Shown one piece after another: positions 38,941 to 52,071 of a stretch of 64,000 nucleotides of DNA (the first letter of the stretch is position 1; each line of letters begins with the position of its first letter). The translations under genes were made by a program, and so were the position numbers. The stretch lies in assembly GCF_964355755.1 (NCBI RefSeq), contig NC_092673.1, positions 29,323,648 to 29,387,647 of the forward strand, written 5' to 3'. The notes beneath the pieces are model-generated. The model saw only the letters and a list, made by a program, of their open reading frames with translations, was not told the origin of the DNA and did no database searches. This DNA comes from Antedon mediterranea. Taxonomy: Eukaryota; Animalia; Echinodermata.

Positions 38941-40413
38941 GTAAAAATATAGAAAAGATGGACACACAGACAAACTGGGTTTACTTAAACATTTATCTTT
39001 ACTTTTAACAAGCTATCAATCAATTATTCTTGCATTGTATTCCTGTGAACTATTTAATGGTGATGGTTGGCTTGGTAGAGGTTCAGTTTGATGGGTGAAT
39101 GGTTCAGTATTGTTGTGAAGGTGTACCATAAAGGTACAAAAGCCACCATGGTTGTACCATATAATGTTACGGTATCTACTGTATGTGTTTATAGATGAAT
39201 AGTTTAGTATTGTGTTGGCTTGTACCATGAAATAGCCACCATGGTTGTACCATATACAGGTTCAGTAATTTTGGGTTGGGTGAATGGTTCAGTAATTTTG
39301 TTGGTTGTACAGTACTCTATATGGTGTCACGTGGTGTTGGGTGAATGGTTCAGTAATTTTATTGAGTTGTACAGTACTGTATGGAATCTATATGCTGTTA
39401 CTGTAGGTGAATGGTGGGTGAATGATGGAATTTATGTAGGTGTTATATAGTACTGTATATGGTATCTATGTGCTGATGGGTGAATGGTTCAGTAATTTTG
39501 TGGGTTGTACAGTACTGTATATGGTATCTATGTGCTGATGGCTTGGTGGTTCATTATAGTTGCTGGTATATGTTATTTGTATGTGTTGCGTTGGATTATG
39601 GGATTAAATGTATGCGTGTTGTCTCAATGTACTTAAAAAAATGTTTGTTATGCTAAATTTGAATGTTAAATGTGGTGGTAGGATCAATGCGTTGTTTCAA
39701 TGTGCCTTAGCTCAATGTGGTTTGCTTTGCTTAATTTATGCTTTGCTTAATATGTGTGTTGCTTACTTCTTTCTGCTGGTACTTGGTTTAATATGTTTTC
39801 TAGCGCAATTTACTGTAGATATATTGTAGCCTAATATTCTTAACTTTAGGTTTTATATTTGTAGTACAGTTAGATTTTGTTCCATTTCTTCTGGCTATCA
39901 TTTTAATATCAGTAAGAACAGGAATAATTTGTATATATAGCTGTAGTGATATGACAATCACTTGTAGTGGTAATTAATATATTAATAAAGTATTATTCTG
40001 TAATTTCTACAACATGATTTATGTCATTGATAAAATAATTTAAATGGATAGTATTACTATTAATGGTGGGATGGGTGCCAAATTGTCTACACAGTATATA
40101 CATGTGTTTGCTGTCTAATGTTCTTTTGTACTTGTTTCATTGACTGCAAATGTCGTCTGCTAATCAATGTATAAACGCTAAAATTACATAACAAATGTTT
40201 ATGTTAATGTTATGTTTTTATTTTGTGTCCAAAATATTCCTTATAATGTCATAGAATAGAAATTAATTCAAAAATATTATTATTCTTTGAGTTTCTGTTA
40301 CTTGTAATATAAAAATTAACTGCATTTTTACATCAGGAATTCTTACCTGTCATAGTGAGAAGGATGTTTTAGTTGTGAAGAGCCAAATTGATCAAGAACC
40401 ATGTTAAGTCATT

Positions 40414-40670
40414 GACACACATCGATGTTAGATCTCCCTCACCACACCCCTCCTTCATAATATTATCGGCACACATCGATGTTAGACCCCTTTCCCCACA
40501 CCCCTTCCTCTACATGTTATCAACACATTGATTTTAGACACCCCCTCCCCATACCCCTCCCTCTAAATATTGTCGACACATTGATTTTAGACACCTCCTT
40601 CTTACTTCCTTCCCTCTTAATATTATCAACTCAGATTGATGTTAGACACCCCCTCCCTCTAATGCTATTA
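40414..40670. repeat. Degenerate tandem repeat, about 54 bp
   Basis: acacat(c/t)gat(g/t)ttagacaccccctcc repeated about 5 times. Confidence 0.75.
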
Positions 40671-41765
40671 ACACACATTTTTTTCTCATTCTGAGAGTTC
40701 TTGCTTGTGAGGCATAGAGCTTTATAGACTCTTGAGACGTTACATCAAACAAACAAATAAACATGAATTATAAATAAAATGAATTATAATTAAGATTGAA
40801 TTAGTTAGAAATCAAATTATTGATGTAAATGTTCATGGTTGTTTGTGTAATAAAGGAAGTGATTGTAATCTATCATGTATTATTAGGTTTGACAGTATTT
40901 AGATGTTTATAGGTTTATAAAGACAAAGCATTAATAATTCCCTAAATTAGTAAACTAGTTAGTCTCGTTAGTGTGGTTTCTTTATCTTTCTTAAAGATCA
41001 TGATAAAGCCCCTTTCTTATTTTTATTGCTGCTCATCATTTATTGTCACAACACATTTAAGTTTTGGTTAAAATTTATTCTAGAATAAATATTATTTAAT
41101 CTATGTTGTCTAAATTGTCTGTGCGTGATGAAAGACGGATGTAACAAGGCTGACATTTGCGTTTGTTTGTGAGAATACTCGGATGATAAGTGTTGTTGCT
41201 GTTATTGTTTGTTGATATTGATATTGTTGGTATCCAGATTCTCATTTAGCAGTCGAAATTCTCCTCTCTACTCTAATTCATTTTTCTGTTTCAATCCTAA
41301 AGTTGATTGCTTTGTCAGTAAGAAAACATTCAATTTTATAATAAATATTTATAGTTTACAACACATACTGTTGGCTCCAAAAAAATAGTGAGTTGATTTA
41401 AACATGGAGTCTAAATAAGTTATTTCTTCATGATTTAAACAATTTAATAATGTTTGTACAGATCTTATAAACAGTGATAAAATATTACACTTTTGAAAGC
41501 TGTGCCCATTTTTGTCAAATAATATTTCAAATACTGAGACCCAAAATCTTTTTTCGTGTTATGTGTTTGTAAATTCTTTCTTACTGTACACTCTTTTTCT
41601 TATTTTGTTTGTCCTTTTTTTTTTGTTTCTTTTTACTATTCTATGTTCTCTTTTTGTTTGTGTTGGCAGATGCTAAGAATCTAGTCTCAGTACAGAAAAC
41701 CATACATAATTCAAGAGCTGTAGCCACAGATTCAACAAACCGTGTTCCTTTTGTTTATTCAACAG

Positions 41766-42016
41766 ATGCAAAGAATCTGTCGTCAGTCCAGAAAGTCGAG
41801 GAACTCCGAGAGAAAGTGTACGCATCGCTGGAAGAGTATTGTCGGAACCAGTATCCGGACGAATCCGGTCGATTTGCCAAATTACTTCTACGATTACCGG
41901 CACTACGATCCATCGGACTTAAATGCTTGGAACATCTCTTCTTTTTTAAATTGATCGGCGATACCCCTATCGATACGTTTCTCATGGAAATGTTGGAGGC
42001 ACCTAACAATAACTAA
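41766..42016 (+). CDS. RXR: RXR last coding exon: LBD helices 9-12 and AF-2 (alternative in-frame start at 41670)
   Basis: caacag|[30 protein letters not shown]...[48 protein letters not shown], stop TAA 42014-42016. Confidence 0.96.
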
Positions 42017-42678
42017 GCTACCCATTGCACATAGAAGCACAGAGTTTAAATACGTCTAAAGGAGTTATTACCGTTGATAATTAACACAGTAACATCTGCT
42101 GTCGTAACATGCAGCATGTTATGCTACAAAACTCAATATTTAATCATTAAGTTATTGGTTTTTGTTGGTACTTTACTTGAATATTCCCAGTTGTATAGTA
42201 CTATAACATACTAGATTGACTACATACCAATGTTGCTAACACTGCTACAGTAATGCTATTAACGTTCCCACTAATAATAATACACATCACTTTTAAAGGA
42301 AAACATTAATTCATTTTGATTGTAAAAATTACTTAATGTTTGGATTGTTTATTTTTTTGCTGCTATTTATTTTGTATTTTATTAATAATGTTACTAATAA
42401 TGTTAGTAATGTTACTGTTTTTAAATTACTATTGGATTCAGTATTTATATTTTAACATTCTACAAAACCACATACTGTAGTTACAACAACTTTCATTGGC
42501 TATTGCATGATGATTTTTCAAGTTCTACCCAATCAAATGCCTTGATGTATAAAGAGCACTGAATGGTGAACAGATTACGCAACATGCTTATGGAAAGGAA
42601 GCAAACATCAAACTAGAAAACTCACTTCTCATTTCCTAAGAACGAAGTATCCAGATTCAGATAACAAGTTCATTGTTA

Positions 42679-42902
42679 AGTTCTGTACACACTATCAAAC
42701 TAGTTTGAAAAAAAAAATGTGATTTTCCTAAATATGGTAGTGATATGCCTATGTCTTTAAGCATTAAACTTATATGAAGAGTTTATATGACAAAATAATG
42801 TGATGTGCCCATATATGGAAATGATGATATCGTATCACTACCATATTGGATATATCACTACCATATTTTTTGTCAAACTAGTTTGATAGTGTAGACAGAG
42901 CT
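42679..42902. mobile_element. MITE family A, copy 5 (downstream of the RXR stop)
   Basis: TIRs with TTA/TTA target duplication. Confidence 0.85.
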
Positions 42903-45504
42903 TTAGATACTTTGGTTAATGGCATTTGGGTTCTCTCTATATGCTAGGAAACAAAGTTTGTTAATATACCATATATATTTTCATTTATCTTTTTATTTCG
43001 GAATATCATGGTGACATAATATTATATCCATAGCAAAAGAGAGAAAAAAAAATCTTAATCTAACAGCTCATAGAACAAAAACAAAGATATGTAAATATAT
43101 ATATAATATTTTAAAGCTGTTTTAACCACCAACATGATTGTATCAAATTCAGATATGACTACAGTTATCATCAGCCATTATATCCTTTACATTTCACATG
43201 TTAGCATGTTTATCATTCAAATCATTCACCATTTAAATCTGAAAAGCTCAAAAGCTTTCAATATTAAACTGTTAAAATGCATTACAATACTGAATATTCA
43301 ATTCAAGTATGTTCACTATAAATAATCAGAAATTTATTACTTTTTTGTTAATCTTTGATTAAAATATTCAAAGTTGTGCATATCTAGATTGTAACCAATA
43401 TATGGAAATGTAATTTAATGTTGGCGAAAGGTATAGTGAACTTTTATGTTTTGCAACCGGTTAGGAAGGATAATAATATTGTGGTAGACGAATAATATAT
43501 CATTATTCTTCACAATGAAAAGAATCTTAGCCAATCAGAAGTATGGAATTTTGGGTGTGATTACCCCATGAAAAAGCAGTTTTTTAGTGGTGAAAATCTT
43601 GTGTTTTTTTGTGGTTATTAACAAACAACCTGCTTTTTGTGTATTGAAAGATACACTGAATTTTTAATATTTTATTTCATTAACGGCGGCTGACTTTTAT
43701 TGTACTCTAATACACTTACCATTCTTGGCATGTGCATTATGGAGGTGTACATTTTCAAGTGAAAAACAAGCCCTGGGGCAAAGTAAATTCTTTGATGTTG
43801 CCACAAATTATTGTTGCCATGGCAGCTGGTAACGGTTTCTGGTGTAGTTCATGTGCAATTTAAATGTATCGTGGATCTAGTGGATCATTTACATATTTCA
43901 ATTATCAATAATTCATATTGATTCTAAAAAAAAATAATGCAGAACATAGTTATTTATAAAAATGATTCTAGGTTTTATCAAAACTATAATGAATTTTTAA
44001 AATCAATTTTCAGTAATTACATTAATTATTATATTATTGATGTTAATTGATGTTTTGAATGTTAATTTGACAAATACAATCAAATTTTTAGAAAGATATT
44101 TATTTAATCCCCCCAAAAAATTATAAAATATAAACAGTATTTCTAAATGTATATATTAGGTGAAATGAGATTAAAAATGATTGCAAGAAAATAATACCTT
44201 TAACTTCTATTGTATTCAATGCTAAACACTAAATATGTTCTAATTAGTTTTTATTTCAAATTTATACTAAATACAACCGCCATTCAGGACAACCCAATAA
44301 TCCTTTACACAAAACAAGAAAAAATGTTTTAAAACAAAATAAAAAATCAATGTTGAAGGATATCCGGCAGACAATGTAAAATAAAAACTGCAACGGTGAA
44401 ATGTTATGTTAATAAAGAAAGCAAATAAAAAATACTAGTTGTTACGTTTAAAATAATACATATTTTATTTAATACAAATTATGTTTTTAATGTAGTATAA
44501 CTACAGTAGAATTGCAATGTGATACCACAGTATAGGACTAACTTGATCAGAAGATTCTCTTACTTTATTAATCTATTTGTTTGTTAAATATTAGAAAATA
44601 ATGGATTTTAACTATCAAATATTGGGTTATTTTTATAAATAAAAATATGTAATAATGCATAAAATTTCCACTGTGGAATAACAGTAGATTAAAACTTTAA
44701 ATTGGATTAATCGGAGACCTATTATAAGATTAAAATTTTAAAAATGATTCTGATTCAATGTCAAAACATGTACATATTTGGTTGCACATGAATAAAAATA
44801 CCAATTAGATAATTTGTGAACAAATCCAAGTTTTAATTGCCCATATATGTATAGAAAGTTTATTTATGTATATTTTATGCCATTTTTTTCTGTTTCTAAT
44901 TTGTTCTAAAACAAATTAGTGAATATTTTATTGCGGGAAATGTTTTCTATAATGTCGAGTCAAACCACACGCATCCTTATGTAGACATTGCATTATAATG
45001 GAAAATGGTTATAAGTTTGAGAAGCAAAAATTAAAATAATCTATTTCTACCAACAAATCATCTTTAAAAAGTGATCATACAAAAATATAAAATGTTCCAA
45101 AGATGACAAGTGTGTTTGTTAAAAAGTTCCTTGTAAATCGATAAATTTTAAAAACATTAGTAACATTGTAACATTATGCAGCAAATGATATCTAAGCAGG
45201 TTTTGCAGGGTAATATTGGCTGAAAACATTTCGGTTCTTAACAATGTATTCTTCTAGAATTCGCTAGAAAATACAAAGTATTAGTTAGCATAGTGAAAAG
45301 GAATAAACTCAACGTATTCTGTCTAGTTGTTTTTGTAAACCTATTATGACCATATTTGGTAAATATATATATATTTTTTATTGTGTTGTTTATTTTCTTG
45401 GAAGAATTTGGTAATATTGTTGAAATTACCGCAAGACCTGAAATTATGTGTCTGTTAATATAGACTCCAATGTACAGATGTTTTCCTCTTGAAAATAAAA
45501 AAAG

Positions 45505-45598
45505 ATAATTGAATATGTACAGTGTGTATGTATGCAATCTAGGATCCTATGATAATTGAATATGTACAGTGTGTATGTATGCAATCTAGGATCCTATG
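45505..45598. repeat. Perfect 45-bp tandem duplication
   Basis: gataattgaatatgtacagtgtgtatgtatgcaatctaggatcctat x2. Confidence 0.9.
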
Positions 45599-45859
45599 GT
45601 ACAACACTATAGTTGTATGTACCAGTTTACTCTGAAATATAAAATTGGATGTATTTTTTGATCAATGAGATTTCAGTTATATAGAATTAAGAAAATGTAC
45701 ATTAAAAATGTCTCTTTATTGGATAAATGGTAGAACATTTAAAATGAATTTACGCCCATATATTACAATGTTTATTTTTTGACATAAGGCTTTTGTAAGG
45801 TTGACTAACAGACAGAACTATTTATACAATTTATGCATATGTATATATCTTATCATAAT

Positions 45860-46330
45860 CATATGATATGTACATGTAATTCATATGTATACCATATATA
45901 CAGTAGAAATATGTATATAGCATATTTATAATTCATATGTATATACCATGTACAGTAGAAATATGCATATGAATATTCATGTGTCATATTTATATGCATA
46001 TTTATATGTATACCATATGTACAGTAGAAATATGCATATGAATATTCATGTATCATATTTATATGCATATTTATATGTATACCATATGTACAGTAGAAAT
46101 ATACATATGAATATTCATGTTTATGTATCATATTTATATGCATATTCATTTCTACTTTATTATATGCATACTTATTTCTACTGTACATAAATATGGTATA
46201 TATATGCATATTCATATGTATATACCATATTATGTATAGTAGAAATATGCATATTCATATTTATGTATCATATTTATATGCATATTTATATGCATATTCA
46301 TAATAATGTATGTACCATATTTAGATATAT
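45860..46330. repeat. AT-rich tandem repeat, about 70 bp
   Basis: ccatatgtacagtagaaatatgcatatgaatattcatg repeated. Confidence 0.85.
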
Positions 46331-47590
46331 ACATATGCATAGATAGGCAAACAAAGCCTACACATCCATTCATGTGCATATACGTAAGTATATGTTAGTA
46401 TACATAAGTTATGTGTTAATGTACAATTACCATGTGTATATGCTGTGGGAACATCTATAAATGAATTCTTGCACCATTGGTGGCAGTATATTGATCCTGC
46501 TGACCCAAATAACATTTGCCGCAAGAATCTAGCCAATTAAAAATAATCTTATCACCATGGTAGAATTCTTTTAATTTGAACATGCCACACATTTAAAAAA
46601 AATTCTGTCAAGCTGTAGAAATTTAAAATTCCTTTCAAATGCTCTATCGTGGGTAAGTTTAAGGGTACATTAGTCGCTTTGAACATGTGATAGGCTGGTA
46701 AATGTCAAACAATGGGTAAATAATTAAACGATGAATCGTCTTGAAGAATATAATTTATGCTATTTTAAAATTAGCGCAACATTCTGGGTGTCCGTTTATG
46801 CTGCCGTTGCCCCCTGGGGGGTTATCAGTTGTTCACATTGGTATTCTATGTAGCAGCTTGTAAATAGCTTTTGTGTATCCTTTGTTTCAACACAGTGTTT
46901 CTAATTGTAAATGATGTTTTAAAACAAATGTAAAAGATTCATTGTCAACTCTGTTTCCTCTTTCTATTTCTCGCTAGGAAAAGAGTAACAAGTAAGGGAT
47001 GTGTACAGAATTTATTTTAAGGGTTAAGATGGTTACCACCAGAAACCATCACAAGATATGTAATATATATAGGTGATACTGTCTAAACCTATGTATTTTT
47101 TATTCATAATAGGATGGGATCTTTCTCTGTACACGCCTCTGGTTTTTATTATAAAGCTGTATCGCTATCGAAGTATTTAAATTTTTTTTAAAGGGAAATT
47201 TGGTATACCGGTAGGCCATTTTAAAAATTAGTTGTTATATAGTATATATCATAATATTTACTTTGGAAATTTTAGAGACTCTAGTCAATATGTGATGCAT
47301 TTATTTTATCTGGGCTTTGGAGTTCTTGTGGAGAAATATATGCTCCAATATTTGTTAACGTGTTGTAGGTATATGGCTTCATCTCTCTTTGTCTGTACCT
47401 TATCGTTCACGCTAATAAAACTGTAAATTATTTTACTTAAAAGATGTTGACCCATGAGGCATAATGTAGTCCTGAGTTTTTAAAATATTAAATGGTAAAT
47501 AATCATCACAACCGACAAACAAACCCCTCTTTTATTAAATGTTTATGTATAAATGTTTTGTTGGGGTCAGGGGTAAGGGTTGGGTGGGGT

Positions 47591-47732
47591 CAGGGGCGGA
47601 TCCAGGATTTTCCAAGTGTGGATAGCGCTAACATATATTATTTATAGTCTGTCAAAAATAGATATAGTAGTTTCGTTTTGGCTGTTGGGAGCCTACGTTT
47701 CCCCAGCGCTCCCTCCCCTGGATCCGACATTG
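47591..47732. mobile_element. hAT-like MITE remnant
   Basis: CAGGGGCGGATCCAGG ... CCTGGATCCGACATTG imperfect TIRs. Confidence 0.55.
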
Positions 47733-48469
47733 TGGGTGGGGTTCGGGTGGGGTTTGTTGGATTGTATGCTAGCTAGTATACATGAATTTGAAGCTTGGAA
47801 TGATGAGACAAAGGTTGTGACGATATGTATCCCGCTGTACAATAAGTTGTGACTCAAGTTAATCCTCTACCTCATGTTTCATTGTCCTTTAAAATAAATA
47901 ACAAAGCAACACCGTCCGTAGCTATTACAAGGAACATGGTTTATCAAGGGTCAAGGGTCGCCAAAAAGTCCCAAAAAACAGCAATGACTGGGTGTCTGTC
48001 ATACAGTATGTAGGCCTATACATTTGAAATGTACAGAACATATATGTTTGGGGAGGATGGCTGATCAAACGTCCTCAGCAACCATCTTTCTTTCGGTGAA
48101 TGCATGACTGACATTATATCCTGATATTCAATTAACACCGTTTGTTATACGTATTGTATCATATGCGCCTTTGCTTTATAAGAGCACAAACTGAAATCGA
48201 TAATATGCTGTAAAGCTGCAACACAGGATATCTCAACATGGACGTAGTCGACAACGACGAGTATAATTAAGTTCGTCTATGTTTGCAGTAAGCATGAATG
48301 CATTAAATGGTGTATGCTTGTTTGATTATTTATGATATTAGGACTGTTGCTTTAATTGTTATAAGGCATTTTCCCCCTTCTATTGATCCTAGTATTTAAG
48401 TTCTCAATCAACCTAATATTTTTAATGTTTTACAGTACCAACTCTAGATGGACTTTTCTTCTCTTCCGA

Positions 48470-48520
48470 AATAAAAAATATGACTGAAAATGTTGTTTTG
48501 GTTTGTATGATTTGTGTATT
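48470..48520 (+). terminator. Candidate distal RXR polyadenylation signal
   Basis: AATAAA 48470-48475 followed by a GT-rich tract (tgttgttttggtttgtatgatttgtgt) just before the next promoter. Earlier AATAAA sites also exist. Confidence 0.3.
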
Positions 48521-48968
48521 CCCAATGAAGTAAACAGTTTGGACTTTTTCAGTAGCATTCACCTCTCAAAAAATATCCATAGATTTATTACAACCGGAGA
48601 GACAACTCTCTAGTTTTAATATAACTCTATGGCAATAGTAATGTTCTTTGTGAGATTTTGTTTATTGGGTCTGTCTTATTGCAAAAATTTAATAACAATT
48701 TAAAAAGAGCACATATATATATATATAGTATCACTGTGATAAGGTGTAAAGTTGAGAACTTGGAATCGGAGTTCCCTGGTTGAACTATTTTATTTTGTTT
48801 ATTTATTCATAAAAATCACCTTTATATCGGTGGCACACATTTATCAGTAAATGGTGCATTCAATTTACAGACAAACTTACAAATAACAAGCCACAAAGTT
48901 TTAAATACTAACACAACATCAAAACAAAATGGGTTACACACACGTCATCAGACCTACACTCGTTTGTT

Positions 48969-48980
48969 TATAGAGGGCGC
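48969..48980 (+). promoter_or_regulatory. TATAGAGGGCGC motif in the C11orf98-like promoter (CTCF-core-like)
   Basis: An identical 12-mer occurs at 52599-52610, upstream of the TTC16 first exon. Confidence 0.4.
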
Positions 48981-49526
48981 TATTTGAAATACAAAAACAA
49001 CACATGTGTCTTTTTAGTTTTAATTTTGGCCTGGGAAGTACGTACTGTTTTCTATAAGAAAGTTCATAACACTAACCGTTTTATCACTAATAAATTAAGT
49101 ATAATTTAACCAACTGTCAAATGTATATCAACTCATTATTGATTCAGATACTTTCACGTGCTCTACTATACCATTTAGTAGGCCTTGGTTAGTGACTAGG
49201 CCTAGCTAGGCAATATTGAGGTCAACAAAATTATGCAGGCTACTGATTGCAGTTGTTATTCAGAAATGAGTCTTCTGGTCGTTTCGCCCAATATTGTAGT
49301 AGTAGTACTACAGTAGTACATAATACAATAGTTTGTAACAACAAGTACTGTTTAGCATTGTTTACACAGTCAGTAGTAGAATCATGGAGGTATAATGCTA
49401 GAAGAAGTATGAATAATTTACTATGGCCTAGGTAGAATTAATGTTATTAAAAGTAGGCCTAATTCTACACATTGATTTAACACTTTTGTTGTAATGTTTT
49501 TTTCAGGTAAAAAGTAAAAGAAGAGT

Positions 49527-49562
49527 ATGCCACCATCAAGTAAAATTAATAGACCCAAGACA
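49527..49562 (+). CDS. C11orf98: C11orf98-like protein, coding exon 1
   Basis: Acceptor 49505-49506. MPPSSKINRPKT|gtatgt resembles the human N-terminus KINRPRT. Upstream non-coding exon donor at gaa|gtacgt (49038). Confidence 0.85.
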
Positions 49563-49928
49563 GTATGTATTTATTAATCTTTTAAACTTAAAGAAGATAG
49601 ATATCAATTAAACTTTATATATATAGCACCGGTTATCTATCATAGTAATGTTCAGAGGTGCTTGACATTGACAAAGTTAAACATGTCACTGGATTGAGCG
49701 CAACACCTTGAATATAAAACGAATACATGTCATGATTAATTGTACTATTATATTGTTTGAAGGTTTGCATATTGAAATCAAAAGTTTGCGGTACACCACG
49801 TATAATAGTTTTTCAACGTTTTTTTCTCACTCCTGAGGACAATCAAATCAGAAACTCAACAGTTCTTTTCAGAACGGCAAATTTTATTTCAACATGTACT
49901 ATTATATTTGTTTACATTTTTTCTCCAG

Positions 49929-50059
49929 GATTTACAAAAGAATCATGCAAAAAGAAGACGATTAAAAACCATTCAAAAGAAGAAGAATAAACAAAAAGGA
50001 CAAGAAACTGTCGGCAAGGAGGAGAGTACAATCTTAAACTATCATCGTCGAAGAAAACG
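49929..50059 (+). CDS. C11orf98: C11orf98-like protein, coding exon 2
   Basis: ctccag|GATTTA to AACG|gtacaa, phase 0/2. DLQKNHAKRRRLKTIQKKKNKQKGQETVGKEESTILNYHRRRK. Confidence 0.85.
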
Positions 50060-50520
50060 GTACAAAACTTAAACTTATTCAGAGTTTAGTAAATGAAGCA
50101 ATCCATCCCGATTCTCCAACTGTATACCGTAATCATTTAAAGAAATAAATGTTTTAAGGTTTTGCATGGCAGTTTGGAAAGAATGCCATAAAAAAATTAA
50201 ACATTATTTCCCAAAAATAAGTTTAATTTAACTTTCGCACAGAAAGATTACGTGAATCCCGACCTTACCTGACCCTAAATTAATTCCTTAAATGATATTT
50301 AGACCCTTTTTTATATCTCGACGCGATTATAAGATCATGTTCCGAATATGAGCAACTGTTTCTATAACTTACAGTATTATTTATATATATATATATTGTA
50401 CTTTTCTGTGGTATGTTTGTGTAGTATTTTAATGATCTATTTTATATGTAAATTTTTGTACCATTTAGTAATTTTGAGACAATTCAGTGTTTTTTTATAC
50501 TGTAGAATCAAAATCTTTTC

Positions 50521-50705
50521 ACGCTGCTGCTCTAGCCAGCTATGTCCCATGAGGACTACTCAATCAGAAGCTAAAGCAAGCAGCAGTTATAGTATCTAAG
50601 GATGACAGTTTTGCGAAAATGGAAACTCCACTATAATTTATTGATTCCAGCTACTAGACCCAAAAAACGTCTTGGAAAAGAGTCTATTAGGCTAAAATTA
50701 CAAAT
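50521..50705 (+). ncRNA. Weak candidate intronic H/ACA-like RNA
   Basis: A 14-bp stem (gctgctgctctagc / gctaaagcaagcagc), ANANNA box (ATAGTA, 50589), a later hairpin (tagac/gtcta, ccaa/ttgg) and ACA+3 at 50700. Geometry is not canonical. Confidence 0.2.
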
Positions 50706-51278
50706 CCCAAAGCATTTCTGGTATTTATCCCATTTGACTATAATACTGACTTTTGATTGTAATTCACTGTCAGATATTCATTGAATTATTATCAAAACAG
50801 TCCATTAAAGTTTGTGTTTGTAATAGGATACTTCACACTTGAAATATCTAGGGTGATGAAGTGACCCCCAGACTTGACCTTAGCAATAAAATTAACTAAA
50901 GTGACAGGAATTGAGTATTCACTTCTGTAACAAAAAAATAATATTTATTCACATATAAAAAGAGAAAAGAAACCCAAAAACCATTTTCTGAAAGACAATT
51001 TAAGTATTTGTTGCTTTAAATTACATTTTTTCAGGTAAAATAACTATTATGTGACAATAAAATGACACATTCAAAAACAAATTTGAAATAAATATATATT
51101 TTTCAACAAGCGAGCAGCGTTTTTTGTAAGAAATATTTCTTGTTTAATCAATAAACACAAAAAGAAATACATAGTTTATTAGTGCAGCACAACTTATTCC
51201 GGCAGACATCAAGTGGAAGTGTACATCATGGAATATTGTCTTGAAGATCGAATCTTTATATTTCTGTTTTCTTTTCAG

Positions 51279-51376
51279 CACTGATCCGCATGCCGTTGTG
51301 AAGCCATCAAATAAGAAAAAACGCAAACTTATTAAAGCAATACTTAGATCAGATAAGGAGAGAAACGCTATGCAAG
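51279..51376 (+). CDS. C11orf98: C11orf98-like protein, coding exon 3
   Basis: tttcag|CACTG to CAAG|gtggta, phase 2/1. TDPHAVVKPSNKKKRKLIKAILRSDKERNAMQ resembles human [23 protein letters not shown]. Confidence 0.87.
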
Positions 51377-51453
51377 GTGGTATTTTATTTCATCAATTTA
51401 CAAATGAAATTGTGACTTTGAAAATAAAAATGACAGCTGTCCAACAAGTATAT

Positions 51454-51760
51454 TTACCTCCACCAAGGAGGTTATGTAGTCGATCGCATGTGTTTGTTAT
51501 TGCCAGATCTTTACCAAATTGAGGCCACAGATAGATATGTGGTCAAGAACCACTCCATTTAAGGAGGCAATCCGGACCAGGATCCCATTTCTGGACCACT
51601 TTTTTAGACCTGCTAGTGTTAAAAGATATGAGACAATTTTCAAACTGAATAACTGACCTGTCATAACGAAACAACTAAACTAAAATTGCATTTTCTCGAA
51701 AATTACTTGTCTATAAAACTTCATTTTTGTACAAGAGGCAAGAGTTGTGATTTGTAATTT
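51454..51760 (+). mobile_element. Helentron/DINE-like non-autonomous element (inverted partial relative at about 56640-56830)
   Basis: Head TTACCTCCACCAAGGAGGTTATGT. Internal blocks agacctgctagtgttaaaag and attgcattttctcga recur in reverse orientation at 56710-56780. Confidence 0.55.
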
Positions 51761-52071
51761 TAAAACATAATTGGATTTAATGTACAGGGGTTTTTTTATA
51801 TGAATAGTTTTAAAAAACCTATTTCTTTTCAAACTCACCTGTTTGTTTTTTGCCGTTGCTGTTCTATTGTTAGTCAACTGAAACCATTGTTAGTAGACAG
51901 ACTGGTTACATAACCATAACCAAACTCACATACACACGGTTGTAGTGAAATTAGCCTAATCGTACACAGCATTAAGACACAAAAATAAAAAAAAAGGTAT
52001 ATACATTTTTTTTGGTGAAGTTTCAAGTTCTAGTTCGATTATGTATTACATTTTAATTCAATTTGTTTCAG

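Noticed and set aside
41670-41795. Mutually exclusive micro-exon model for the duplicated DAKNL block
   Set aside because: No donor follows VQK. The only nearby GT (TCA|gtacag) would need an acceptor that deletes conserved residues, so alternative acceptors are the simpler model.
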